Part shown: positions 13,425-27,162 of the stretch, piece after piece
Position numbering within the stretch: position 1 is the first letter of the stretch
Layout of the letters: each line of letters opens with the position of its first letter
DNA from: Octopus vulgaris
Taxonomy: Eukaryota
Direction of reading: 5' to 3'
Length of the DNA stretch: 64,000 nt
NCBI GenBank assembly: GCA_951406725.2
Contig: OX597836.1
Span: forward strand, 36,704,001-36,768,000
The notes under the pieces: model-generated
Database searches by the model: none
What the model saw: the letters and a program-made list of their open reading frames with translations, nothing else
What the model was told of the DNA's origin: nothing
Translations under genes and position numbers: made by a program

Positions 13425-14600
13425 TATTTCTTTATTACCCACAAGGGGCTAAACACAGAGGGGACAAACAAGGACAGACAAACGGATTAAGTCGATTACA
13501 TCGACCCCAGTGCTCTTATCAGTGATTCTCTCTCCAATACCCAGTCTCTTTTACAATCTCTTGAACAAGCCTCAAATTGTGTAGGTCTTTACCTCAATGA
13601 GGCTAAGACTGAATACATAAACAAGTGCCTGTCCAACAGTGATTGCATCATCCATACTCTCAACAATGCGCACTTAAATATGGTTTCTGATTACAAAAAT
13701 CTTGGGTCATACATATCATCATCTGGAAAAGACTTTCTAACTAGAAAGGGTATGGCCTGGTCAGCCTGTAATGACATGCATAAGATTTGGTCATCAAAAC
13801 TAAGTAGAGACTTCAAACTTGAAATCTTCAAAGCCACAGTCGAACCAACTCTACTATATCGCTCAGAAACCTGGACATTATCAAAGAAGCTTGAGAGGCG
13901 GTTAGATGGAACCTACACTCGCCTCCTTATGAGAGCTCAAAATCTCTCGTGGAAGCGTCATCCAACCAAAATGCAAATATATGGGAAACTACCACCTGTG
14001 TCATCTCTTGTGAAAGGTAAGAGAGTCCAGTTTGCTGGACATTGTTGTAGAGCTGAAAAAGAGGTAATTTCTTCTCTTCTCTGGAAGCCATCTACTCGCA
14101 ATACCAGAGGGCGCACACTCTCCTACCCTGATGTAATCTCAGGGATACAGGCATCCAGCAACAGGACCTCCATAATGCCATGATGGACCGTGAAGTCTGG
14201 CGTATCATGGTAAATTCCATTGTCTCGGCCACGGTCGAACAATGATGAATGATGAGTGCGTAACTGGTACTTATTTAATCGCCTCCGAAAGGATGAAAGG
14301 CAAAGTCGACCTCGGCAGAATTTGAAATCAGAACTTCACGGCAGGTGAAATATGAGATAGACGAAATACCTATTTCTTTACTACCGTCAAGGGGCTAAAC
14401 ACAGAGGGGACAAACAAGGACAAACAAACGGATTGAGTCGATTACATCGACACCAGTGCGTAACAGGTACTTATTTATTCGACCCCGAAAGGATGAAAGG
14501 CAACGACGACTGCGGCGGAATTTGAACTCAACGTAGCGGCAGACGAAATACTGCTAAGCATTTCGCCCCGCGTGCTTACGTTTCTGCCTGCTCGCCGCCT
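13425..14600 (-). mobile_element. Dimeric SINE group C with an 18-bp TSD, interrupted by a LINE
   Basis: TSD tattatcgatgacatatt at 13407-13424 and 14601-14618; two SINE bodies. Confidence 0.9.
13514..14254 (+). mobile_element. 5'-truncated RTE-like LINE (end of RT/ORF2 C-terminus) with TSD AGTGC
   Basis: ORF 13680-14183 YKNLGSYI..RKGMAWSACNDMHKIW..LLYRSETWTL..RRLDGTYTRLLMRAQNLSW; tgatgaatgatg tail; agtgc at 13509-13513 and 14255-14259. Confidence 0.9.
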
Positions 14601-14906
14601 TATTATCGATGACATATTATTAACTTAAAATTCACATCGGTTCCAATTATAACGGTTAACGATCGTGGGTTTCATTCTCCTCATATCTCATGTCAATGAT
14701 ATAATCCGCCTGCACGAATTTGTCTTCGTGCCAGAATTTCTATATGATTTACATTTAACGTATTCATTGTATCGGGGAGTATTACATCAATACATTGTAT
14801 TTGTCAGCTGAGCAGTAAGGAAACGGATTTGCTTCATTTACGCAGCAAATCAGTGTCAACTTGACTCCGTGCATAATTAATTGTAATATACGGCAATCGA
14901 TATATA

Positions 14907-14956
<50 letters not shown>

Positions 14957-15101
14957 GAATTATATGAATGAATTATCCTTTGTTTACTGATATATATATA
15001 TACATATATATAATTATTATTATTATTATTATTATTGGTGTTGTTGTTGTTGTTGCTGTTCTCGTCTTCTTTTTCTTTTTCTTCTTCATCATCTTGCAAT
15101 C

Positions 15102-15507
15102 AGCACTCACGCCATTGGCCACAAAGAATAATCTCTAATTCGAGCCTACTCTAAGCTACTAAGAATGTGTGTGGCAACTTGAAGATCCACTCACCAAACG
15201 CGATAGACTGGCGGTTGCACGGGCGCGAAAGCTATGTTGTTATCCTCATTCCGTAAACGGTGGCTTCCAACGGGTGGAGAGCAATACCATCCTGGGGTAC
15301 AGAGGATTCGCAATCTAGACTAGAGTCTGAAAGTTTACAACACCATAGTAGGTTACACCATGGTTCCTCTGCTTTGTGGCAGAAGTAGGAAGAAAGAGGG
15401 AGAGAAAGTTGTGGTGAAAGAGTAAAGAGGGTTTCACCCCAACGCCCGCAGCAGCTTCGTGGAGCATAGCGAGTCCGCTGCCCTAACCACCGGGCCATTG
15501 TGCCGCC
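15102..15507 (-). mobile_element. SINE group B head (tRNA-derived) with an alternative 3' body
   Basis: reverse complement caatggcccggtggttagggcagcggactcgc..tactctttcaccacaactttctctc matches 34220-34390; tail differs. Confidence 0.75.
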
Positions 15508-15529
15508 ACTGCTGTTGTTGTTGTTGATA

Positions 15530-15745
15530 CTAAGGGGGTGAGGAGACAGAATCGTTAACGCGCCCAGCAAAGGTCTAATCTGCATTTCGTCCGTCTTCTT
15601 GTTCTGAGCTCCAATTCTTCCAAGGTCAGCATTGCCTTTCATCTTCCCGGGTTCCCTAAAACAAGGACTAGTCAAGCATTGGGTTCGATGTAATCAACGA
15701 GCTTCCCACCAAATTTCAGGTCTTGTTCCTCTAGTAGAAAGGATT
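15530..15745 (+). mobile_element. Degenerate SINE group C
   Basis: cagaatcgttaacgcgccc..ttgcctttcatcttcc..aaatttcaggtcttgttcct. Confidence 0.7.
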
Positions 15746-16469
15746 GTTGTTGTTGTTGTTGTTGTTGTTGTTTTTGTTGTATTCGTTTAACCCTGAAACA
15801 TATTTTGCGATAACCAGGACATTTTTATATCCCTAGATGCAAATTCTCATCTAGCAATTTCTCATTTATTTCTGTTCTATTGCTCCCTCGACGATGTGTA
15901 ACATTAAGTTTAGGATGGATTGCCATTCGTAGATATTTGACATTACACACGTGTTTTCTTTTTTGTTTCTTTGTTTGTTTGTTTCTTCGTTCATTTGTTT
16001 CTTCCTTTTTGTTGATATCGATTTTATCTATTTTAACCTGTCTGCAGATCTGGTACGAAATAAGAAACATTGCGACACGTAATATACTGAAATGCCTGAG
16101 GCTAATGATGGTAAATGTCCCTCTGGATTATCCTGCCTTAACAACAGCTATCGATTTATGAATAAAAGAGAAGGCATTACAACACACCAGACTTACTGTG
16201 CACGACAGTTTGTTTTCTTTTTCCTTTATACATATATATATATTTATATGTTTATATTTTCATTCTGATCAAGAATCGCATATGTTTTACAATTATTCTG
16301 TTATTAATCTTAATTAAGATTTCGACATTCACTTTCTCTCCCATAACATATTCTGGTTTCTAAATAAATGCGATGTAGTTGTTGTTAAGAAGATTGTTTT
16401 GAGACCAACTACTTTCGGTTTCCGTCCCACTGTACTGCAACTTGTGCACACACACACACACACACATAC

Positions 16470-16615
<146 letters not shown>

Positions 16616-16622
16616 AAGGAAT

Positions 16623-16856
16623 AAGGCGGCGAGCTGGCAGAAACGTTAGGACGCCGGGCGAAATACTTAGTGGTATTTCGTCTGCCGTTACGTTCTGTGT
16701 TCAAATTCCACCGAGGTCGACTTTGCCTTTCATCCTTTCGGGATCGATAAATAAAGTACCATTTACGCACTGGGATCGATGTCATCGACTTAATCCCTTT
16801 GTCTGACCTTGTTTGCCCCTTCTATGTTTAGTCCCTTGTGGGCAATAAAGAAATAA
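16623..16856 (+). mobile_element. SINE group C, full length
   Basis: aaggcggcgagctggcagaaacgttag...ggcaataaagaaata. Confidence 0.9.
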
Positions 16857-16878
16857 TATATATATATTTATATATATA

Positions 16879-17265
16879 GTAATACAAAAAATGGAACAAG
16901 AACGCAAAACATCCGTGCAACATTTATATTCCTCACCATACCTGGTACGCCTTATGTCCCTGCCGTAAGGCTTCACTTCCACACACGCCAGCTTAATTTA
17001 ATTTGTCCTTATTCGAAAGACACCCGCTGTTACGTCCTGTTATTTGCATTTGTATTTGTGTAACATTCTCCGTTTTTTCCGCCCTTGTTTTCGTATACGT
17101 CCGCTGCTTTATTCCAAGGAATCTAGTGCTGTTAGCTTACTTTTTCCTTGGGGTTAGCTAGATTGGAGCAATCTAGAGGATAACATGCCGAAATTGCAAA
17201 TATATTCTGGAACTCGACTGAAGAAAGGAAACCTGTGTTTTTTCTTGTCCCATTTTTTGTATACC
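16879..17265. mobile_element. Element with ~25-30-bp inverted termini embedded in (TA)n
   Basis: atacaaaaaatggaacaagaa vs ttcttgtcccattttttgtat; gccgaaattgc..gactgaaga motif shared with ~48495-48530. Confidence 0.55.
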
Positions 17266-17397
17266 TTTTTATATACATGCTGCAATTTTGCATCGTACGT
17301 ACAATTTGGCCCACTATATACATATATCGACTAAAGGCGGTGCTCCAGCATGACCGCAGTCAAAATGACTGAAACAAGTAAAAGAGAGTAAAAGAGA

Positions 17398-17448
<51 letters not shown>

Positions 17449-17463
17449 TGTCTGTGTCTGTGT

Positions 17464-17494
<31 letters not shown>

Positions 17495-17858
17495 CATATA
17501 TATGCAAGTATTGATATATATATATATATATATTCTTGTTTGTGTGTGCATGGATACTAATCTCTCCCCACCCGGAGTGAGAAGCTGGGTTTACGGTAAT
17601 GTTTATATGCGTCCATTACTGGTTTCACATTCTTGACAAATTTTCGCACTCTGCATCTAACAACATTAAAACGTTTACGTAATTCCGACTGCAAAGAAAC
17701 AGCTGTCGCGCCTGAGATTCCCTGATCGCTCCACTTAGATTTCTGTATCTTTGTACTCTCTGCAATCAGTTCTTTAATGCATCGATAAACGAGTTAATTT
17801 ATTCCCGGAGAACGCTCATAAAGCGAAAACTCGTAAAGCAGAACGATAATTTACCATA

Positions 17859-18250
17859 CTCTCTTTTACTCTTTTACTTGTTTCAGTCATTTGACTGCGG
17901 CCATGCTGGAGCACCGCCTTTAGTCGAGCAAATCGACCCCGGGACTTATTCTTTGTAAGCCCAGTACTTATTCTATCGGTATCTTTTGCCAAACCGCTAA
18001 GTGACGGGGACGTAAACACACCAGCATCGGTTGTCAAGCAATGCTAGGGGGACAAACACAAACGCACAAACTTATATATATATACATATATATACAACAG
18101 GCTTCTTTCAGTTTCCGTCTACCAAATCCACTCACAAGTCATTGGTCGACCCGGGGCTATAGCAGAAAACACTTGCCCAAGATGCCACGCAGTGGGACTG
18201 AACCCGGAACCATGTGGTTGGTTAGCAAGCTACTTACCACACAGCCAATA
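17859..18250 (-). mobile_element. SINE group A (tRNA-derived head, CORE-like ttgggcaagtg segment), near full length
   Basis: reverse complement tggctgtgtggtaag..gggttcagtcccactgcgtggcatcttgggcaagtg; ttaccata repeated at 17851 and 18251 (TSD). Confidence 0.9.
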
Positions 18251-18925
18251 TTACCATAGTAGTAAGATTGTAAATAATAACTCGTTCTCAGAAAGATTTT
18301 TACGTATAAAGGTTATAATATTCGTAAATGAATAGCAATAAAACAGCAGTTGAACGTAAAGAATATTTTATGTAAAGTAAAAAAGAAAAATGTGGAGATC
18401 ATTTATAATAAAAAATATTATTATTATAATCGTTTTCTGAATCACTTTCACTCATACTAGACTCATGAACACAACCACTTGTAGATGCTATCACCGATTA
18501 AGAAGTACGCGTATGTTTGTATGTGCGTGAATTTCTACCTAATCATATATATTTTTTCATAAAAATATTAATGTATAAATATATATTTAAAGGGTAGAAA
18601 GTGACTTTATTTATTTTCTGCAATTACTTGAATATGTTTCTTGAATTACTTTTCCTTGGCCGTTAATTTAATGCATGCTCATTGATTACATTCATTGGAG
18701 AATATTTGCGTATTTATCCTATTTTAAGCAACTTCTTTTAGATATAATATTTCTTTACGTAGACGTAATTCTATTGCTCTCATTTGGTTTAAGTTTTACA
18801 AATTTTAAAATTATCGGAGTAAGTGATATTTTTAATACCTTTCAGCTCACGACTGAATCCCATTGCCAATTTTATTTGATACACATACGCCAACACACTC
18901 TGCCCTCTCTCTATATATATCTATG

Positions 18926-19072
<147 letters not shown>

Positions 19073-19544
19073 GTGTGTTTATAGGATTTTATTATCGTGA
19101 AAGAGGGAACGAAGTTACGTCTTCCGTAACTTCAATTCCTGGAATTAATTTATTATATTTAATTGGGAAACATTTTAAAGATAAAATGAAAATATTTATA
19201 GATATCATCCTTTTCCTTCAGCGATATTATTACGGATTATATTAAACATAATAATTTCCCTTTTATTACCAATATATCTCATGTAATTATGATGACATAC
19301 AATTTAATATGAATTTTCTATTTCACTCCACAGGTGGAACGTTGTCAGAAATGTTCGCTGAATAAAATTCCTAGCAATATATAAGTATCACCCTTTCTTA
19401 TCTATATTAAAGCTCTATCGAGGTTAAAGCTGCCTTCATACTTTCGTGGTCAATAAAATAATGCAGTACTTATGTCTTAAGTTTAATTTAATGGACCGTG
19501 TCTTTCCGCAAAGTTTGAGGTCTGTGCATTAGGCAAGAATCTGG

Positions 19545-19822
19545 GACTGGAATATGTTGAATGAAATCATAATTAACTGTTCCTCCTTTATTTTCTTTTA
19601 CCAAAAGCCAGGTAGTTTCCAGTACCTCTCGTATATTCGGACTGAGAATCTTACTGAATTCATCGCTATTGTACATCCCCCAGAAGCGATTAAAAACTCT
19701 AAAAGACTGCTGCAATAAGTGTGTGAATCTGAGAGGGGAATATGTTGAATAAAATCATAATTAACTGATCCTCCTGTATTTTCTTTTCCCAAAGCCAGAA
19801 CCTTTTCAGCACCCCCTCATAT
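19545..19822 (-). mobile_element. Two tandem mariner-like transposon ends
   Basis: aaagccaggtagtttccagtacctctcgta and aaagccagaaccttttcagcaccccctcata, each preceded by atatgttgaat.aaatcataattaactg. Confidence 0.65.
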
Positions 19823-21251
19823 ATACGTATATATGTGTGTGATGGGAGAGATGGTGTGAGAAAATGTTTGTTAGTGAGAGAGGGAGAGAAAGAGAGAGAA
19901 TGTATGTTGTAACGCTATTGTTGGGCCTTATCTGCCTAAGCCGCTACGAAAGAGACGTCAATAGGAACGCTTCCATCGGAGCCCTCCACATCACTTGTGT
20001 CATCACCAAAAACAAGGACTAAAAGCTTAGTGATGTTGGAATAATCTTAAACTACTTTATAAAGGAGAATTTCTTTTAGATATTCGTGAACATGTAATTG
20101 TATTTCTTGTTAAACTGTATTTGAATCTTAAGAATACAAGTTGACCTGTCTCATGAATATTTTGAGAATCAGAAAAAATCTTTAAAAAAAATAGTTTTGC
20201 TGCTTAGTAAAGTTCAAAGTAGTTTCTGTATAACTATCCCATTGTAGATGCCTTAAAAGCGCCTACGTGTGTGATCGATAAACGGTGTATTCACAGCACT
20301 AATTAAGTAAAAAAAAATAGAAATTACACGTTATATATCTTATAGTATACACGTGTAATTTTGCTATTTTTACATATTTCGGAGTCATCCTTATCTTTCA
20401 TAGCACTCGAGTTTCGAAATATCACATAAAAATTCAATCGTTTGCTTGCGTAGCTCTTTAGGAGCGCCCGAGAACTTTAACCAAATCAGATTGAAATGTT
20501 AATTTGAGCTTCAGGTCATTTTTTTTTCAACTTCAATATCATTTTCTTTACTTTTGCTGTTTGCTGTCACTTCTTTCAATTAATGATTCTATAAAAAGCA
20601 AAGTAATCTGTAAATAATTCCCATGAACAGTCCTGTTCAGCAGAAATGTTTGTTTTGTAAGCTGAGAATGAAAATATCAGGATATTTGCCTTGCAAAGAA
20701 ATATTTTAAGTGATATCTCTTTGATATAATATTTCAAAAATATCAGGATATTCTGATCTGGCATAGCTGTTAGAGTGAGAACAAAATTATGTACAATATT
20801 TTTAACGGCTTTCTGCACACTGAGTTCAAATGCTCTTGAGATTAACTTGGTGGTTCATTATTTTGAGGTTATTTGAATAACCTCCCTGCGAATCTAGAAC
20901 AGGAGACAGTTTTGTTTTGAGATATTTTTAATTTAATACATTCTATTCCAAGTATTCTTCCTAAATTAAATGATAAATTTCTTCTTTAATCTCATTAGTG
21001 TCTGAAACCGGAACAAAGAAACAATTGTGAACTCTGCCCTTTATAACCAAATGTTAGAAATATCCTCGTTTGTTTGTGCAAAGTGTTGATGTAACTTCGA
21101 AATAAGATTTGCCCTTGCAAACGTAAGGTTTCGATAAACATTTGCCATTGTGACCACCACATTGCACTGGAATGGTACGGCTAATCCACACTAAATACTT
21201 CCCCATACAAGTTATGGAACCGTATTTTACTTAGTCGAATGCAGTTCACAA

Positions 21252-21676
21252 TACTCTTTACTCTTTTACTCTTTTACTTGTTTCAGTCATTTGACTGCGG
21301 CCATGCTGGAGCACCGCCTTTAGTCGAGGGACTTATTCTTTGTAAGCCCAGTACTTATTCTATCGGTCTCTTTTGCCGAACCGCTAGGTGACGGGGACGC
21401 AAACACACCAGCATCGGTTGTCAAACAATGCTAGGGGGACAAACACAAACGCACAAACTTATATATATATACATATATATATACATATATATATACATAT
21501 ATATACATATATACGACAGGCTTCTTTCAGTTTCCGTCTACCAAATCCACTCACAATGCATTGGTCGGACCGAGGCTATAGCAGAAGACACCTGCCCAAG
21601 ATGCCACGGAGTGGGACTGAACCCAGAACCATGTGGTTGGTAAGCAAGCTACTTACCACACAGCCACTCCTGCGTC
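21252..21676 (-). mobile_element. SINE group A, full length
   Basis: near-identical to the 17859 and 42300 copies. Confidence 0.92.
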
Positions 21677-21958
21677 TAGTAACAATAGTTACAATTTTAA
21701 TCATGTTAAACACTTAACACTTTTAATGCAGCGGTTATTCTGCTGCAGAGCACAATAACAGTATTCGTTTATAAGTATACACACATCATTTCACAATTGC
21801 GCCTTCACACAGGCGCATTAAACAAGCGGAATTCGGTCAAGCCTAACGTATTGAAGCGTTCACTCCTGTGTCCTAAATGACAGTATGTTGTGTTAAGGCC
21901 AAGGATCATAGTAGCAATCAGAATTATTAGCTTTGGTACGAAGGTGAAGTATACATGT

Positions 21959-22260
21959 GTGGAGGCTTAGTGGTTAGGGCATTCGGCTCACGATCGCAAC
22001 GTCGAGAGTTCAATTCCCGGCGACGCGTTGTGTCCTTGAGCAAGACACTTAATTTCACGTTACTCCAGTCCAACCAGCTGCCAAAATTGAGTAGTACCTC
22101 TATATCAAAGGACCAGTCTTGTCACACTCTCTATCACGCTGAATCTCCCTGAGAACTATGTTAAGGGTACACGCGTCAGTGGTGTGCTCAGCCAATTGCA
22201 CGTTAATTTCCCTAGCAACTGTTCCGTTGATCGTATCAGCTGCGACTCTCGTGGTCGTGC
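21959..22260 (+). mobile_element. SINE group B (tRNA head, CORE-like middle, B tail)
   Basis: ggcttagtggttaggg..gagttcaattccc..gtgtccttgagcaagacacttaatttcacg..ttaagggtacacg..cacgttaatttc. Confidence 0.85.
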
Positions 22261-23079
22261 TCCTATACTACATATCCTGAAAGGTTTTTTTTTCTTTTTA
22301 ATGTCATTGCCTGACATCTATCTTTCTGCTATGTTGATTGCTAATTCATGAATTCGATCAAAGATCCATTTATTTATACTTATCAAGGCCTAAGTACCAT
22401 ATTCTTTCGTATGTTCAGCATCATTCAGTGCCTCATATTTTGGCATGTTACACACAGCACGTATTTGTTGCAACGATGTTATATTTCTCAAGTTTAAACA
22501 TTGCTTCGATAGGTTAAACTTTTCAGAAATATCATTCAACGTTTTGAGACTTAGTTTTTTACTAGTTTAGCATATTTCTGCTCCTTGTGAGTAACCGAAT
22601 AATGAATTAAATCACATTGTTTACAGCTATTATTGTAGAATCACTTTGCATGCAAGTCGTTGTATCATTAGCAGAAGCATTTTAAAATTACAACTCCTAT
22701 TCATCATAAAAAATTCTGTTTTCCTTCCTTTGGTGTTCTGTAAATAGACGTTTTGGACATGGTGCAATAAAATATGAGGCAGGCAACACGAAACTCTCGG
22801 AAGGGGCGAAACTGCCTACGACACACTCTGCATCAAATTACCAACTAACATCAGATAAATGAACCACAAAGTGAGCGTTGCCAAATACATGTTACATTAT
22901 ATATTTGACACGCCTTCTCATATTTTTACGTTGCACATGAAATTTATACAACTGCAGCAAAAACTCAAACGGGAAATTCTGTTTCTATGGATACTTCTAT
23001 CACAATTGACAACAATTACAATGAATAAATACATAATTGCGTAGTTAATAGAAAAATAATTAATGCAATATACTCTGTT

Positions 23080-23301
23080 ACTCTCTTTACTTGTTTCAGT
23101 CATTTGAATGTGACCATGCTGGAGCACCACCTTTAGTCGAGCAAATCGACCCCTGGACTTATTCTTTGTAAGCCTAGTACTTATTCTATCGGTCTCTTTT
23201 GCCGAACCGCTAAGTTACGGGGACGTAAACACACCAGCATCGGTTGTCAAGCTATGCTGGGGGTGACAAACACAGACACACAAACATATGCACAAACACA
23301 C

Positions 23302-23334
<33 letters not shown>

Positions 23335-23516
23335 CATATATATGCATATATACGGCGGGCTTCTTTCAGTTTCCGTCTAACAAATCCACTCAGAAGGCTT
23401 TGGTCGGCTCGAGGCTATATTAGAAGGCACTTGCCCAAGGAGCCATGCAATTGGACTGAATCTGGAACCATTTGGTTGGTAAGGAAGCTACTTACCACAC
23501 AGCCACTCCTACGCCT
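23080..23516 (-). mobile_element. SINE group A, full length
   Basis: homology to other A copies. Confidence 0.92.
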
Positions 23517-23754
23517 ATACCAAAATTTTCGTTAAAGACACCCTTAGGTTCATCAAAAGATGGAGACAAAAGTTAATATCACATGACAACTAGATCTGCT
23601 ACAAATACCAAGGAAATGTCTCTCAAATAGCATCAAACTTCTTAAAGTGGGAAATATCCACCAGATAACACAATTACGGTAAAGACGTTCATGCTGGGAC
23701 GTTTTTAACCAAATTAGGTTTCACCTGGGCGAAACAACCAAAGCAATTTAGTAT

Positions 23755-23967
23755 TGGTTTTAGATTTTGGTACCCGGCCAGCCAGTCCGAGGAAGGATGT
23801 AATCGATTACGTCCACTTCAGTTCTCTACAGGTACTTATTCTCTCGACCCCGAACGGATGAAAGCCAAAATCAACCTCGTGAGGAATTTGAATTCAGAAC
23901 GTAAAGACGGACTAAACGCACGAAGGTATTTTATCCGGCGGGTTAACGACTCTGCCAGCTCGCCGCC
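23755..23967 (-). mobile_element. SINE group C variant
   Basis: ggtacttattctctcgaccccgaacggatgaaag..ctgccagctcgccgcc. Confidence 0.8.
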
Positions 23968-25787
23968 ATCTAGGACAGATTTAATATTAAAGTGAAGACT
24001 ATAAAATCAATTGAATGTCTTCTTGAATTGAATCAATGAATTCGAAAGTCGTTTTATTAAATCTTCTTTCAATATATTTATAATTAATTTTCAGATATCA
24101 GCTATTTATTTATCACCTTCTTCGTTACACACGACTGACAGATAATTCCGAGGATTTAAAAGCAATATTACAGATAGTTTCTGGTACTATTATCGATAAC
24201 AAAATGAGGATGAATTGAACATTTTCGGCGTGTCGGTCTCATGAATCAATACAATTCATAATTTTAGACCACGCTTAATATTTGAATCCGATTATTTCGC
24301 ATTCTATATGATGTTGGTTGCAATCACTTATTAAGATTTTCGTATGTTCTTCCTGATTTCATATATAAGAATGATAAATCAAACTGGAAATATCTTTATG
24401 ACCGAAACGGTAATAAAAATTCATATAGGCTTTCAACAAATCGTGTAGCCGTAAAATATTGCCCCAAAGGAATGGCGTTGTAAAACAACAATTTACTGTA
24501 GATGTCTGTAGCAAATACATCAGCCGACAGTAAGAAACGTCATAGCAATATTTCAAATCCTTCATATTGATTTACTTCTCGTTTAAAAAGATACTCTCAA
24601 TGTAAATAAACAAATAAAAATATAATATTCTGTTCGTTAATATCCTAACTTGTCTTGATGTACAGAATTCATATCGTTACGTGACATATTTCTGATTTAT
24701 CTTTATTTTCAATGATATTTATCCCTCTCCCTTTCTTCCTTGTGTCACTCTTCCCTTCTTCGTTTCTATTCCCATATTCACCATTGAATTCAGCTGTAAA
24801 TATATAAAACAAATAATAAATAAAATGTAATCCTTGATTATTTTGTAAGCATCGTATCATCAGCGTTTGCATTTGAAACATAGTTCCACATTTGGAATCG
24901 GATTCTAAATCATATATATTTGACAGTAGTTTGATGAAAGAAAACTATGTTTTCGAAAACGGAATGAAAACGCCATTATGAAAATTAGAAGCCTGCCGAC
25001 AAATACAAATAACAATCTCTTTAGATATCACAATGGTAATAAAATATATCTGTGTTTATTGATGGCAGGAAGTAAAAACAAGATGCGCAGCCAACACAAA
25101 ACAATAAACATAGATTCAGAATAAGGTTAGAGACATCGCTGTCAACAGAACAATACTGCATGTGCCTTGAATGCCGTTGCTCACTTATCACATTATTTAT
25201 TCTATATCCTCAGTGGTATATCGACAAAACACTGAAAGGATGCCTGGCGATAACTAGTTAAGTGTTGTTATACGATGAGTTCAATTCTCACGAGGAAAAA
25301 ACGATTTAATTTTTTATAAAAATGAAAGAAATAAGAACCAATAAACTACGGTGATCAAGTTAAGCTACTTTGCCAAGAGACAAAATGTGTGTTCTTGCTA
25401 CACGTTTTGAAAGTATTATTAATAGACATACCATGCACATACTGAGATCCTTCTTATTACAAGGTTAATCAAGCCGTAGCATTAAATAATAATAAAAATA
25501 TTTTTAAAAAAGTGAACATTAGTAATTGAGTTGCGCAAGTAGACCCTATGGTCGGGATGAAAATAGCTACGTCAGCATCAAGCAGTCATCAGGAATAAAG
25601 GAACATTAAGTTAGAATATGTTTGTGACATATTCTAATTCTTAAGGCGAATTCACAACAGTTACTGTCGGGGAAAAGATTTTTTTAAAATCATTGACATT
25701 TAGGGTAAGAAGTGTAACAGCACCATATCTGGCCCCACATATTAACTTTATATATTTGTTTGAAATTTTGCTTAAAGCTACAGATTT

Positions 25788-26290
25788 GAATCTACGCAGG
25801 TTTATCGCTCTTCGGTATTTTCCTTTGTGGAAGGCTAAAGATCTAGAAAGGCGAGTCTAGGAATCCTCCAGAGGGAAGCAATGATCAGATATGGTGTTTT
25901 GTAAATTTTACTACGAGAAAGAATAATTTCTCCACGGCAACCACAGAGAATTTGTCTTTAGCAGTAAGAATATAGCACAAACGCATATTAACATACTACT
26001 AATCTCAAGCTGCTATACTGACCAAGCAGTCGAATAGCGCACCTCAGTCACTGATAACGTTGAATGATCTGTACTTAAGGTTGCGACTATGAATCTGATT
26101 AGGGTTATCTCTCTTCGGTATTTCCCACTAAGATATGCTTAAGAGCTAAAGTTGCAGGCTTGAGGATAAGCTAGACGGAATCACTGGGAAAATATGGTGT
26201 TTTTACAACTTTTATCGTTGTGGGAAAACATTTTTTGTATAGTATCTACCTTGAATTTCCTTTTAGACATTAAACATATCTTAAGTGACC
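25788..26290. repeat. Highly diverged tandem duplication, 303-bp offset
   Basis: 25788-25910 aligns ungapped to 26091-26213 (~65% by hand count); exact blocks ctcttcggtattt and atatggtgtttt. Confidence 0.75.
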
Positions 26291-26324
26291 TAATGTTTAT
26301 AATGTTGCTTTAAATAATAAAAGA

Positions 26325-26365
<41 letters not shown>

Positions 26366-26366
26366 A

Positions 26367-26628
26367 AGGAGCACTCTGTTGGTTACTACGAAGAGGGGGT
26401 CTCAGCTGATACGATCAATGGAACAGCTGCTCGTGAAATTAACGTGCAAGTGACTGAGCAATCCACAGGCATGTGTACCCCTAACGTAGTTCTCAGAGAG
26501 ATTCAGCGTAACAAAGGGTGTGACAAGGCCGGCCCTTTGAAATACAGGTACAGCTCATTTTTGCCAGCTGAGAGGACTGTAGTAACATGAAATAAAATGT
26601 CTTGCTCGAGGACACAACGCGTCGCCTG
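26367..26628 (-). mobile_element. SINE group B, 5'-truncated
   Basis: reverse complement matches 22020-22260 and 34420-34595. Confidence 0.85.
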
Positions 26629-27084
26629 CAAACCGTTAACTGATATAATTTATACATAAGGGACATAATATACAAATGTTAGAGCCCTTAGAATACATTT
26701 ATTTTAGTTAGAGACTTGCAGCCTTTTATACAACATGAGGAAATTGAACACCTATTTTGTATGTCTTTACTTATCTCGGATCAGATTCTACTTTCATATA
26801 ATTATTAATTTAATTGATTAATTTTCTGAGGGTCTGAATTCAAACAGCTGTTTGTCGATTTCTTAAATTGACTAATAATAATTTATTAATTAACTCTCTA
26901 TTCACTCATATTATTATAATAAATAGAATATTTATAAACCAGGGTTTATATGGTTACCTTGCAGCTGAGCATTAAATATAATGTTCAATACTTTGTATAG
27001 GTATCCAACCAGTACTTTCATAGGGTTTTGCTATCCTTGAATGTGGTTTGTAACCTTTAATTGTGCTTCTGTTACATATACATG

Positions 27085-27162
<78 letters not shown>

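Noticed and set aside
17640-17720. GAAAcagctgTC as a hammerhead 3' half
   Set aside because: No CUGANGA core or matching stem I upstream.
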